From: Tubulanus polymorphus
Lineage: Eukaryota > Animalia > Nemertea
Length of the DNA: 64,000 nucleotides
Direction of reading: 5' to 3'
NCBI RefSeq assembly: GCF_964204645.1
Contig: NC_134029.1
Location: 7,466,850-7,530,849 of the forward strand
The notes beneath the pieces are model-generated. The model saw nothing but the letters and a program-made list of their open reading frames with translations. It was not told where the DNA came from and searched no databases. Positions within the stretch are counted from its first letter, which is position 1. Every line of letters starts with the position of its first letter. The position numbers and the translations under genes are program-made. This document shows, piece after piece, positions 12,561-26,685 of this stretch.

Positions 12561-13838
12561 TAGGGTCAAATAGCCTTCTTTAAATCTGAAAAATACCCTG
12601 CATAAAATGCACCATTTACTTGTTCAGTCGTTTGTAAAAAGCTAGTGAAACACTGTTTGTAATACTAATAAAACTAATTGTGGCATTTCGTGAACTTGAC
12701 GACCTTTTCCATAAAAATGTAACTTGCCGTATGAAAATAAATGACCTATTCAATAAGTATTATGCTAGTCAGTTCCCGAAAATGGCATCGTTTTGAAATT
12801 CTCTTCGCGGCTCTTCACGCCGTTCGGTGGTCTTAGCATGATTGACGGTCGAAACCCGAGTCGGACGTAGGTTGCCGTCGCATCCGCGTCCTGTATAGAT
12901 TAGCAAGAGATTCCAGGCGTTCGCGTTGACATAATGATTTCCGGGTTATAAAGCAGGCACCAAATGCCACAAATCCACTAGAAGCATCCTTGTTCGTTAT
13001 CGGGAGGATTACGGGGGCTTTGACGGTCGATCCCGAGGGAGCGAAACGCGAGGCCTTCGTCTAATGTCACTTTTAATGCAATTTATTTCATTTTTAGCAT
13101 TTGCGTTTGACAATCTAATTTGTTTGTTTCATTATCGGCGTTGATTACTGAGATTTCGTTTCGAAGCAATTCATCTGGCCGCGAAAAAGCGATTGAGCAG
13201 TTTGCACATAACGCGATTAGCTAAGGGCAACGCTAGCAGTAGATAATTCAATTTCACGTCGTGACTTTGTCAATTGATAGTATTTGATTCGCCGCCAATG
13301 CGATGACGGTTGTGCGTTGATGGTGTGCTAACTGCGTTACCCCAACACCTATTATTTATCAAGTCAATCTCCCACCAAACCTTTTTAGCCAAATCTGATT
13401 TTAAACTCCGGCTCGCGTACACGAAATGCTATTACTTGTGATGCGAAGTTAATGCCAGTGAAGGAATTTGTGAAGATATCGGCGAATTAATGAGCGTGGG
13501 GTTTAGGATGTCGCCTTGTCTAACTCTATTAGTGATAGATTTCCGGCACAATAAAATCCTTCAAGAAAGAAGTCTGCGACAATTTACCGTCTCTACCCAA
13601 TTACCGGGTCCCCGAGTTCAAATAACACACTTATCCTTTCGGCAAATGTTTATCACTGTCGTATCAGCCGATCTACGGCGGATGGAAAATCGAATTTTGT
13701 CGAGAATCGCGTGGCGAATTAGCGAAACTTTTCAGGAAATTTTAACAGTTGTGTTTTGTATTCCGCAGAGCGAAAAACCACCGCAAATGGTCGGTCTCGG
13801 CATAAACACGTTCTTTTGTCGACAACAATATTTTTTGC

Positions 13839-15185
13839 TCGTCGATCGTCGGTTTTTGGTCTAAAAGATAATCGCGTTTGTATCGATCGAGGACATCAGT
13901 CACGTTTGATCGAAACAAGATATAAAAGAAGAAAGTTTTTCTTTTTGAATATCCAATTTTGCGCAGGTAAATTGATTTTAATGAAAATTCCAAGTTTGAC
14001 ATGTGTTCTGTCATTAAGGTTTTGATTTTTGACGTATTCAATGGACGCGTTGACATGTTTAGTAACATAGCAAGTCAGTGAAAAGCTCGCTTTCATGATA
14101 TCAAAGTCATTTCACAATAACGGTGTTTTCTCAATAAAGAAAGCTTTTGCTTTCTTGAACACAACCCAATTGCATAAAAAAATCTTAAAACAGTTTACGA
14201 AATGAATATTGAAGTGTGAATAGCGTATAAAATTGAATTCATTTTTAGAAGTAAGTCTATGTCAGACTTGAGAAACGTTGCGATACATTCAATCTTTTGT
14301 AGTAACAATTTCCTAGTGATTTCTGGTGAACAATTTGCCTTTCTTCTTTAAGTACAAATTCTCCAGGCAAACGAATATTTGAGACGTGACCTGATTCAGC
14401 GATTTCGCATCTAACGCTAAATCAATTAACCCTGAATGGACATCGGGGCATGTCACTGGTTCCTGATGTCGGAGAGCCCGCCGGCACGACTGCGAAACCC
14501 CGTGCACGTGCGCACCACGTCATCCATCTCGCCAGACGAACGAACATGCGCTGATTTTAAGATTCGACAGTTCGAGCGGAAACGTTCACTTGGCGTAATC
14601 TTATTATGGTCTCATTATATCAATATCGTCTAGTCGCCCTGAGCGGGACGAATCGTGCCATTATACACCCCATCATTATCGAGAAACCCCGATTGTGAGG
14701 TCTCCGCTGAGAAATTCTAATTCATATTCACAACGTTTTAAGATATGTAAAGATTTTTTTCTATTCAGTTCTTGGGTTTTGCGAGATAACATGATATATA
14801 CACTCAACCAATCATTTTCGATTGACTTGGCAAAATATCAACATAAACAAAAGCGAGGTTTCACTGATTTGTACTGTTAAGCCCGCCGCACAAGGCATAA
14901 CAAAACACATCGAAAACGTTTTTCGCGAGGAAAAAACGTTTTTTCGGTGCCGTGTGCGGCGGGCTTCACTTAACATGCCAACGCGTCCATTCAATATATC
15001 AAAAATCAAAACCTTAACGACAGAACACATTTTGCATTTTCATTAAACTCAATTTGCCCGCGCATGATTGGATATTCGAAAAGAAAAACTCTTTTCTTTT
15101 AAAACTTGTTTCGACCAAACGTAACTGATGGCCTCAATCGATAAAAAAGCGATAATCTTTAAGAGCAAAAACCGACAATAGACGA
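13839..15185. repeat. Long inverted repeat pair (~220-bp arms, 13839-14063 and 14968-15185; ~900-bp spacer)
   Basis: The reverse complement of 14968-15185 aligns with 13839-14063, e.g. ATGTGTTCTGTC.TTAAGGTTTTGATTTTTGA..TATT.AATGGACGCGTTG.CATGTT. Confidence 0.9.
14879..14966. mobile_element. Small palindromic MITE (PIF/Harbinger-like)
   Basis: TIRs AAGCCCGCCGCACA.GGCA / TGCC.TGTGCGGCGGGCTT; similar terminal style to 60244-60491. Confidence 0.6.
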
Positions 15186-18100
15186 AAACACTTTAAAAGC
15201 ATTTTCATTTTCTCTCATGGGTTATTGCTATGGGCACACGTATTCTTGCATATCTTTTTATTGTTTCTCTTGGATTCTATACACACTTTATATCAATGTC
15301 ATCGCTAGATATGACTGCGCTATGCTTTTCATTCATCTGGTAACTGTGACACATCATCGCGATGAGGTTTTCGGGTTTTTTTTCATTCTATCTAAATCAT
15401 CGTGCAGCAGGGGTGTTGCATTCGCAGTACCCGCAGTGGTGAAATCAATAGGAGAATTCATTATGAATAAACTGCGATCGAGCGGGATGATTTTTTCATC
15501 GATGGCACCTGTTGTTTGTCGCCGATCCACGAGCGCACTAAACAGGTGCCCGTTTCTCACTGTAAGACAGACGACGATCGCCAGACGATGCGAGCGCGGC
15601 GCCCATAACCGTTTGATCGCTCGATAATAATGACCGGTAATTTCTGCCTGACGTGGATTAATGAAAACCGAAGATACTTCCGATTTTAAGTAATCACGTC
15701 ATATTGATTTTATAGCCACGCCAGCTGTCAAAACCCAAACTTAATTAAATGTAGCCGATATATTAAAAGCTATATGGTTTTTATTGACTCGCACCTGACG
15801 ATGAATGATGAATAGCTGATTACGCGATCTTCGGAGAAAAGTGATCCGATGTAAGTCTTTCAATCCTTTTCGATCTTTCACCGACTTATATACGATTGCA
15901 TTATGTTTTAAAAATGGAAAAGCGCCATTGGCCCGCACACGTGCAGTGTTGTTTTATGCATAGTCTATAAGCAACAACGTGAAAAGATTTTGATTGAATA
16001 TTTTCAGGAATACTTTGTGTGGTCGGAACGTCGAAATCTTGGTTTGACGAACTAACGAAAAGGCTTTTTACACTCCGAGTTAATATATCTAATAAGAACT
16101 TCCAATTGTGAGTTCTATAATGTGGGAATTTTTGCAGCAAAATAAAGTAAAACTATCCTATCACCAAAAATTGTTCAAATGGTTCAAACAAATCTTCCGT
16201 CTAGCATATTCATGGTTTTCAACTCTGTCATAAGTAGAACTCTTAACGTAACATTATATGCACTGGCAAAAGCTCCCAAAGGGATAAACCGTTAAATTGT
16301 AGAAATCCTGTTCGCCACCATTGCTGACATCAATGGGGCAACTTCTTTCAATGAACCATTAAATTACGTAAAAGGAGCAAATGTATTTGACCCTGTACAA
16401 ACAATATAGGTTTGATAATTAGAAACGGTGGTATTTGAATATCATACTGTAGAAAATTTTCATTAAAAGTGGCGTGAAAACTCAATGACTTTGAACAAAT
16501 AATTCGCTATATTATATTTGTCTAATTTTCAACGCTTGTTTTAAAATATACGTATAGTATGGCTCGATACCGCAGTCCATATGGATGGAAATTCAACAGG
16601 CCCACTTCCACTACTGTGAGTTGGCCAAAGCTGATATAATCGAAACAGTGTTCGTTTTAGAGTCCGTGGTTAAATCTTTACCTCGCAATCGCAAGCCTTT
16701 CACACATACGTATCTAAGACTTAGCGATATCACGGGTAGATGAATTGAAAATTAGTACAAAATGACTATACAGATTTTCAACGTCTTGGGGATTTCCATT
16801 GATTCCAGTTTACGCGATTTAAGAAAATTAGAATTTATCATCCCAAAAATTGATATCTTTTGCACAGAAGCCGAAACAAATGTTTTAGATAGAATCTATC
16901 CTAGCCATTTTAAGGACATCCCCCATATATGAAAAACTGGCATTATTGACAAAACCTCGCAGCTGAAAAAAAAATATCGATTCCCCCCAATCGATCTATT
17001 ATTCTTGTTCATGTCACCATAAAGGAAAGAAAAATACAAAAGTGATGTTTACTTTTTTGAAAAAGTGAGAAATCACTTTCAGTTACATTCAATCGAAATC
17101 CAGGAACCAGTTCCATAAATCTGTTCAGTTATGCAGTATACTTTGAGTTGAAATGGCTCCAGATCAATTCACGAGCAGAATTTGGCTCTCGTCTGAATAA
17201 AAGTAGGATTGTAACCCACAACTGTGGAATTCAGTGGGTCCACGAACGTCTACATGTTTTAAATTCCGAACACTCGTTACCGGAACTCGGATGGATTCAT
17301 TCTAAAGATTTGATGAAATCTAAATCTAATAAGTATCATCGAAACTATTATCTACGCCTCGTTGATAGAGATATTCTTACCTTCGCTCAGGTTATCGACG
17401 TTCATATCCAGATCTAAGCTCAGTCTATGAGTGTCGTTCATTTCGGAGACGATATTTTTTCAATTTATTTCTATCCTCGTCCAAAGGTTCGTCTACTTTA
17501 CGCGCACGTGTCTTCACCCAACCGCCACTCGGACAGAATGAACAGGCTCTACGATGACTCCTTCCGTTTTGTCTAAAATCCGGCGGACAAAACGAGCGCT
17601 AATTCACCGCCGATAAGACAAATTTACTACGAGGACTGATCTATGAATAATGAAGTTGGTGACAATTAGATATTAACGAGGCGGATCATCGATGCGCAGT
17701 AGCCGACCCATCAGCAGCCGAGAGGCGTGGCTTCAGCTCGCTTGCAGCGCACAGACGCATCAGGAAACCGAGTAAATCGATACGAGCGCTGCACCGGAGC
17801 TCATAATTGTCATCGAGATTTTCCACTTGAAAACCTGTCACAAGCCAAGTGATAAGAGTAAGTAGTATAGCGACAAACGGAATCAGAGTAACATCAGTAA
17901 GAAACGATGGGGCATTTAATCATTCGCGATTTACATTTGAAAATCAATCTTACTATACAACATAATGCAGTTTGAATAAATATTAGTCCATTTTCCACTC
18001 AAATATTACAAATTTACCCCATGACCTGTATTAAGGAATTAGTTCTTATGGGGTTCGAACGAACATCGAGGCAGGTCTGCCATAATTCCGGCCTTAAATT

Positions 18101-19052
18101 GAAATATGAGCATCAATTCTTGAAGATTCACTCATTGGTGACACTTTTTCGTTAGTTCTCGTTCAAAATATGCGCATACTTACATAATTAGAGGTGAAAG
18201 TGCCAAAAAATCATATTCTTCTGTTTTCGCCCCACTATGTCAGAAGTTGTGAAATTGTTCCTTTCAAAGATTTTCTATTCAAGCACTCCGGGGACACCTG
18301 ACTAAAACTACGCGCTTTTGGCTTGTACACCATACAAAAGATCTGCTTCCATCAAAATCGAATCAAAGATATGGATGGCAACGGGCCTGATATTGGGTAA
18401 TTTTAGGTAATTTTCGTTCGTCTAGTAGGCAGTAGGGAAAGAATGTGATATCACTAAATTTATTTCAGTTATCAGAATATTTATTTTTGGAAACATTTCC
18501 GTAAATGTAAATTTGCCTTCAATGGAAGAAATCGTGGGCCAATTACTATTTAGCATGGAAGCCCAATTAACGATGGCGGAATCGAAGTGACTCCAGCGAA
18601 ATTCCTTCAATTTGATAATACATCGAAACGGATACATTGTGTCCATTAGAAAGAACATGTACATATTCCCTATAAAGTGTCACACATTGAAACAAGACGT
18701 AGAATAACTCAGTTTGTTTACCAACTACGGATTCGGTCGCCATCTATACATGTTGACATCATTTGCGCTGACATAGCATCACGGGTGCGTTCGTTTCTTT
18801 TCTACACGTAACGACCGTCGCATGTAGGCCAGATTGATCTTCAGGAAGAAATAAACCATAACGCCTTGAATTATTGTTATATCACTGATTTTGAAGACAA
18901 CAAATAGCATTAGCATATACATCTTTCGATCCAAACCGTGAGTTTCGGCTACAGCGTGTATCGAAGCACGCGTCTGTGAACTGATGAAACGCCATAATAA
19001 TGTCATTCCTGGTCCCAGTTCGATATATCGGCATTAATTTGCAAACAACATA

Positions 19053-19228
19053 CAGTGGAACCTTGTTAATACGATTCTGTTTAAGACGTTTATTGCGATG
19101 ATTTCCAGCATGCCCCAGCTAAGAATTTACGTATACGTATATCAATCAAACTTTGGATTTAATACGAAACCGTTTAATACGACAATTTCACTTTTGCCCA
19201 CAAGATTCGTATTAACGAGGTTCCACTA
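19053..19228. mobile_element. pogo/Tigger-like MITE
   Basis: TA|CAGTGGAACCTTGTTAATACGA ... TCGTATTAACGAGGTTCCACT. Confidence 0.75.
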
Positions 19229-20052
19229 TGTAACACCGTGGAGTAATCAGTCTGATTACTCCTTGGAGGATTACTCGAAGGTTACACCTAAGCGACACCG
19301 GCTTAGACTTTCAGTTGTCTTTAGACTTTCAGATCACTGATTCCTTCTAAAAGCAGAGACAGTTGAATTTTCCTATAGTAAGTACAGGTAGGTCTATACT
19401 TGCAGTTCCCATAATTAAGTTCAATAGAGTCACAAGAGTAGAGTAGGCGATTGGCTATTTCCCCACTGAAATAACTTCATTTGGAAAGGTTTCCATGTCA
19501 AATAAATAAAAGCCTCTTGTCAAAATGATTCATAGCGATTTTTTATTCCCGCCAGGCGACAGAAATATAAACATGTTCGGTTATTACACTATTATTGCCT
19601 CGGATCCAGAGTGAAACCCGTTCGTGTTCAATGGATGCAAAGCAAATAACATTTATATTGAATAAAAACTGTGCCAATCGCAGTGTAAATATTTTTTTTA
19701 ACGTATAGTAACCGGTAAATTCATTTCAGTTTCCCGCAAAGCCTGCAGCATTACCGCTTCAAAGTTCATCAAAAGATATAGTTAATTCCGGCGAACAATT
19801 TTTAACCTGTTAGTCCCAGTAACACGTAATAGTCTGGGTTACCACAAAGAAAACTGTAGAATTTTCGATCGCATTTCGACATGTAAACAATCAGCTACGA
19901 GTTTCGTCTGTTTTGTAAGTTTCCGGACGGTTTTGTCGTATGTAATGCAGCCGACCAATCACTTATTAGCGCTGGCGTCGCTGCCTATAAACCTATCAAT
20001 ACGCATCGGTGCCACGCGGGATTTTAATCAACTCTCGATTCAACGATGGAAT

Positions 20053-20155
20053 GTGTAACTGACTAGTCGAATCGGAGTGTAAAACTGACTAGTCGAACCG
20101 GGGTGCGAAACTATCTAGGCGAACCGGAGTGTGAAACTGACTAGGCGAACCCGAG
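20053..20155. repeat. 26-bp minisatellite x4 just upstream of the FReD gene ATG
   Basis: GTGT(A/G)AAACTGACTAG(T/G)CGAACCGG(A/G) repeated four times with no spacers. Confidence 0.85.
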
Positions 20156-20166
20156 TAACTAGAAAT

Positions 20167-23100
20167 ATGTTCATTCTGAAATTATCGTTTCTCGTCTTCT
20201 TTAGATTTAACGTTGAGAAAGTCACTGGTCACATTGCCGAACCGCCGCAGTACCATGCCCGCTTCATAAAAACGTGTAGCATCGATCAAGCTGTGGAGAA
20301 TGTTACCACCGCGTTACCGCCGGTGACCAAAATCCAGTGTGCCAGGTACTGTTTCCGACAAGCGAACTGTAAATCCTTCAACTATAACTACCAAACTCGT
20401 GAATGTGAATTGAGCCCGACGGCAAATGAAAGTTACCCCTGCGAGCCGCTCGTTAGACGAGTCAGCTGGTCGAACTTTCATTATGTAAGTATTCTTTTCT
20501 AAGCTGCTGTTTCGGAGTTCCATTATTGAAGCCTTTCCGGGCGATTATTTTCTAAAATACGTTATATAGAAAACTCTGTTTGTTGTGAATAGTCGAATCA
20601 TATTCCGTATTGTTTTGGATTTGTTGAATTGTATTGTTTTGGATTTGTTGTATGTAACTTTTTTTTTGATTTTGTCAATCGTTTTCAAAATTTTCATAAA
20701 ACCAACAATGTTTTGAGAATCTCTGGCCTGACGAAAGACGTGCATTATATCGTAGCTTGGGTATATGTGGCGTGAGCACTGACACGCAAAATGCCATGGC
20801 GGAATTTCAACGGAAATATTCATTATGTAAATGGTGTGAATTTTAAATGTTAGTTTGATGATTTCCGTATCCGTGTATTTTGTAACGCAGTCAGTCGAAA
20901 GTAACCGCCACACGATGTACGTAAAGGTTTGACCACATACTCAAGGAGGGGGAGATCGCGTGATGAGCAACTATTTCACAACCGTTTCCAAGGTTATAAT
21001 ATTTTCACGGCAATAGACTCCTCGATGTATGTAGATTATTCCGCCAAAAAAGATGATCGTGATGAGCGTTAATTAGGTAGATTCGCGCCGTCCTCGATTA
21101 GGTTTCACTCTCCTTTCACTGACATTTTGGCGTCTTGTATTATAGCATACGAATACGAATACGTTTTTGAAGTGCGGAGATTTGGACTCTAAATCGTTTG
21201 AGAATTCATCCCAGAAAAATGTTGGCATTTATCAGTAGTTGATTTCCTGGTTGATTCATTTATAACTTGGATAGTTATAGTTAACGTTACTCGTCTCAAG
21301 ATTTTCACGACAAAACTCCAAATATAGTAATATGATACTGACTTATTTCTTAGAATTAGCTTTACATTTAAAACAATCTCAAAGCTGTTTACAAGCCGGG
21401 TAGAATTGACACAATTAGTCTGTATACAGTCATGATATAAATTATCGACATGGAAATGTTTTTACCGGTGATTTATAAACATCAGGGGCCAGTTGCTCTA
21501 AAGTTGGTTAAAGATAACCGGCCGTTAAATACCATAGTAACAATGAAATTTCAACTGTCACCATATCAACTATCCACTGGTTTACTCTAACCAACTTTTG
21601 AGCAACCGGCCCCAGATGATGCTATAGCCCTGTGTTCAATAGACGGGGATCAGTCTGATATCATAAATAAAGGTTCAAGGGATCGGATTTTTTAAGAACG
21701 CTGGTTTAGTCGATGGTTAATAATAGATGGTTGATGATTCAATGACACGATGTCATTCGAGGTCCAGGTGCTTTAATTAAGGTTCCACGCCGGTCGAAAC
21801 GTACGATATCAAACTATAGGCTAAGGTAATTTTCCAGCTATAACCAAAGAACTATAAGTGAACTTTATCAGATTATAAGAAATGCTATCCTCAATGCGCG
21901 TGGAGAGAATGTTACCGGGAATGTATCATTTCAGCGAGGCCAATGTTTATAAGACAAGATTACTAGAGGTGCCTAGCAGATTTTTGCGGAGTGGGTGTTC
22001 ATGTTCGCTTGTAGTTCAATGTTGTCCTATTGGGAAAAAAATCCATTGACTTAAAAATGGACGGAAATATTGGGCCCAGCGGCTTATAATATGCGTGTAA
22101 CACGAGTCTTCGTTATATCTTACCGGTATACCGTATACTTTCATGTACTTCGCCATGTTATGCTAAATTTATTACTTCATCAACACACAACCATTGGATA
22201 CTTTTCAAACAAATTCAAACGACAAGGAAAGCGTTAATGAAAACCTTAGTTTTCTATTATTCCAGTGCGGTTGAGTTTGCGGCGTTGATGTATTGTGTTG
22301 GTTGTTGTATGGCGATAGTGGACGTAAATTTCATTAAATGAAACATATTTTAACGATATACTTCGAACGACACGGCTAATTGCATTTTGTCGCCAGGAAT
22401 AGAATTCTTTTTATTTTCTCTTTTCTAAAACTCGCTGTATGAATTACAGAATTACAATGAATGAGATCGAATTACAATAAGTCGAAGAAAGCTGGGGTAT
22501 TACGCTTAGTGTTATATTTTGAAAGAAAAAATACGCTTTGAAATTATTATAAAATATCTTCAATCAAAATGTCTATACAAACTTAAATCCATAATCAGGA
22601 AATGAAAAAAAAACTAATGATTGTTCGAAAATACTGAATTCTAGGGGCGTCGAAATAGAGGATTTCAATCTCTATAGGATTCATGTCAAAAATCAATCAA
22701 GGTCTTCTCGGTGGATTTTGTTCATGCACGAAATTCGCGGGAAAATCCTGGAAGGCCTTGATTTCTCTGGTTTTCAATGATGGCCTGAATAAACCGCCAA
22801 ATACATTTCCGTATGATATGTTCAGATGTAATGCATTTCAGCTTTTGATAACATCGTTGTAAAAGATATTAAGTAGGTTCAATGCGACAAACAACTGATG
22901 AAATATCTCCAAAACTAACTAACATCTAGAATAGTAATGGAGATGAATAAACTATAATATGGCGTCCAATATGGCGTCGTCATGTGACAAAAAGCATACA
23001 GCTGCAAAGGATCTTTAAGACGTATTGGAGCCAATGTTAATAAAATCACCATTCGATTTCTCAATTTACATCTCATTATAAATACACTGCAAAACTACCC

Positions 23101-25930
23101 CGATATACCGTCATACTCTCTATACCGCCAAAATCGTTCTGCACCGATGTGGACGGTATATCGGGGGTTGACTTTATTCTGAATTGCATTTCTAAAATGA
23201 TCTGACATGAATGCTTTTCGGCGGGCTTTTTATCAATTTTTGTTACATTTTCATTTCCGATTGGTTATAGAAAACTTGTTCATTGGTGGAGAGAAACTTG
23301 AGTTTACAAGGTGGTTGTAAGTAGAAAGTCGAAAGGAGAAAGTTCTCACGATTGCCTGGGATTGCCTGACAATTCAATAGTCTAATATCAAATCATTCAA
23401 CTGCATTATAATTTACTTACAAAATGTTTAAACAACTCTAATGTTTATCGTTTAGTGGGCATTTTTCGATAAATGTCTGCCCTCTAATTACACGAAGGTG
23501 GACTTTTTTCTGGACACGGCGGTCGGTCCAAAAGGAATGTAGCGGCTGCATAATTAACGAGATTTTGATTACGAAACTGTGGGAATTTATTTGTCGGAGC
23601 ATTATTCCGATATCGGCTTTCACTCATAAACGATTGATTCAACAACGTTGGAAAAGGTTTTGAAAGCCATTTTCGACAGACAGTTTACATTTATACAAAC
23701 ACTCAAGCGCTCAACAAGTATTGATACGCAATGCGGTAATCACTATTTAAGTCGGAACTTTTTGAAATGTATTTCAAATCGACTGATGATGAGTATTTCT
23801 GAAGCACACTGGAGGCGAATTGTAGTTTAGATCACCCAGTATACCAGGTAATACAAGAAATAGCACTTGGGATACCGAATGATCTGAGCTACTACTCACA
23901 AAGCTAAAATACGAGCCCCTGTGATGTTTAATCAATTTTCAAAAATGACCGATAAATATACTTAGATCATTCATCTACATTATGCGTGTTTCCATGAACA
24001 ATTTGACGCAAAAATATATAATGTATATACGTTTTTAACATAATCATTACGTATATGTCGGGTCTAGAATAGCCTTAAAGGATTTGAATATTACGCATAG
24101 CATAGCATAGCATAGCATAGCATAGCATAGCATAGCATAGCATAGCATAGCATAGCATAGCATAGCATAGCATAGCATAGCATAGCATAGCCTAGCCTAG
24201 CATAGCCTAGCCTAGCATAGCCTAGCCTATAGCCTATGGCATGGCATAGCATAGCATAGCATAGTATTTATTTTTCATTGGTTGTTACATTTTTACATTA
24301 TTGGTATATTATGCAATTATTGCATAATATCCAGTGAAAAAATGTAACGAGAAAATGTGGTATACACGGGAGAGATCACAAGGATCTATCGGAGCCGTGC
24401 CACCCAAAAAAAATCATCTATTGATGACTGCCCCATGGTGAAAATCTGCCAGAAGGTAAACCTAGACGTTTTCTAAACGCTTCTGCTTTCTTCAAGAAGT
24501 GTTAAGTTCTAGCAAAAGTTCTGGCTGTAATGATATCTAAAATCGCATCTTTTTACTTTTTGCAGGTGAACCCGTGTAAAAATGCAGGAAAGAAAGACGT
24601 CGCGACAGGGCGTTGTAAGTGTGTCGGAGCCTGGACCGGAACAACGTGCAATGCGTTAGCTAGAGGTAAAATTAAACGTTAAATACATAGTAAGATGTCT
24701 AGTCACGCAGATATCTTTCCGTCCGTGTCGGCCGTTGACAGAAAAGTTACGACAGCGCAGAATAAAATATGTATATTACCGGAAAGAAAGAAGTTATATA
24801 CATGCAAAGTGAATATAAATGAGAAATTACTGATATGTTTTAGTTACTGATGGATCGGGTATTTTTCCAAAAACTGGGAGGGGGAGGGGCAAGGGCAGAC
24901 TTAACCAGGAGATGAACACAAAGAAATTGGCAAGTTTCCACGCAGTGCGAGCGCCAAACCAAAACAAGCATCTGGAAAATTTGAAAATTCCAGTGCATTT
25001 TCATGCCATTATTTGGCACAATGTCAGCACATAATGAGGCAAAGTATGAAAACACATTTCGACTTATTTTTCATCAAGGATGGCTATCAGGCCATATCAA
25101 GCTGGAGAGGGAAACATACGGTTGGGGCTACTGGTTTTCCACTTCTGAACCTGACCACCGCCAAGAAGTTTGTTTATATACGTATCTCACTTATAGTTCT
25201 ATCGACGAATCAACAGTAACAGTTAAATCAAGTGAAGGTACGTACATACTGGTACTTGTAATTTTCGAGTGTTTACTTTACAGATTGTTGGACCTATTTG
25301 GTAAACCACGCGATTGAAGATGGAAATAAACTGCTTTTGATTCAACCAGCAATTTCTACGTCGCCGTTTTACGTCAGCTGTTATCTGCACAGTAGTGGTT
25401 CCGGTATTGGGAGTGCATTTTTTGCCGTCCATGACCGTGGTTCAATCGGCTTCGACCGGACATGGCAGGAGTACGTTGACGGCTTCGGCCAGGACTTGAC
25501 GACGGTTACATTTCCATCGAGCTATTTCATGGGACTAGAGCGCCTTCATCAGATAACTAGCAACGCTAAGAGCTATAATCTAATCTTATCGCTCGAGTTT
25601 TCCGACGGAAGCAAAAGTACGTTGAACTATCGCAATTTCAAAGTCGGAGATGCGACCGTCAACTATAAGCTGAGCTATACGAGCTTCACGCAGGCGGCCG
25701 GGAGAACCTCGAATCCTACAAACAACGAATTCGAAATAGAATCATCGAAATCTCCGAAAAATATGGCATTCAGTACTCCAGATCGTGATAACGACCAATC
25801 GCCAACAAACTGTGCGACCAGTGCGAAATCCGGTTGGTGGTTCAACGATTGTACAACAACTCCCTTATTTTCGTCGACACCGCGGTGGGGAGGACGCGAT
25901 CTCAAGAGGATTTTATTGGCTGTTGCGTGA
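20167..25930 (+). CDS. Secreted PAN/apple + EGF-like + fibrinogen C-terminal (FReD) domain protein
   Basis: Exons 20167-20484 (or acceptor at 20205), 24566-24665 and 25284-25930; phase-consistent. PAN: CARYCFRQANCKSFNYNYQTRECELS. EGF: NPCKNAG...CKCVGAWTGTTC. FReD: RDC...FDRTWQEYVDGFG...GLERLHQIT...FSTPDRDND...NCA...SGWWFNDC. The start MFILKLSFLVFF is signal-peptide-like but uncertain. Confidence 0.88.
21486..21612. mobile_element. MITE with CAG TSD (family also at ~61684-61872)
   Basis: CAG|GGGCCAGTTGCTC.AAAGTTGGTTA ... TAACCAACTTTTGAGCAAC.GGCCC|CAG. Confidence 0.85.
24096..24264. repeat. (CATAG)n pentanucleotide microsatellite with CCTAG variants
   Basis: Directly visible in intron 1 of the FReD gene. 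Confidence 0.97.
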
Positions 25931-26685
25931 ATGAAAGAAACTAAATTCAGGCTAAAATAAAAAGATAACTTCGTTTCTCCTAGTCGGCGGGGACATTTTT
26001 GTAAATGCAATAAAAATCTGTAATCATTTCATCTATAGCTGCCGCGTCTGTTATCGTAAGCCATCGTTGCCCATGGTTCTAAAAGAAGTAATGTACAGAA
26101 CAGATGCGGCCGGGCGGGTCAACATGTAAGCGCAGCGGATAAGGGAAAGGTATCAATTTATAGCCAGTAATTCATTTATTCTCAATGCGATGATTACGGC
26201 GTTTTCAATGGTCTACGCATGAGAAAATATTGAACTGCTTTCAAACGAACCTAGGAATGAAACATTGGAAATGCCCTCGCCATTCGAGTGTTGGGATTGA
26301 CCAACCGCAGACACAAGTAATTGAAGCAACTACAATGATATACAATACACAAAATAAAAAAATCTATTTCAACACTTTACACTGACTAGACTGTTCAAAA
26401 TGTGTGAACATTATGTGTACATAAACATAAACATATTTTATTGCATAAAGCGTAACAACTATGAAGCTGAGATTTTCAAGCGTTTTCTTTGATCGTATTT
26501 TATAGTTATACATATCACGAATCATACATATTTAAATTATCTACCTATTTGATTACGTTATGATGATATCTCTTGCTGATTTCCAAGAAGTTATCGAATG
26601 GCATCATTGGCCAAAATAATTTTATAAGATATTAGACGACCAATCATGCTCCGTTCAGGAAAGGATAGTAAAACCATCGGAATGT

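Noticed and set aside
20053-20155. CRISPR-like appearance of the 26-bp repeats
   Set aside because: Units are contiguous with no unique spacers, there are no cas genes, and the context is eukaryotic.
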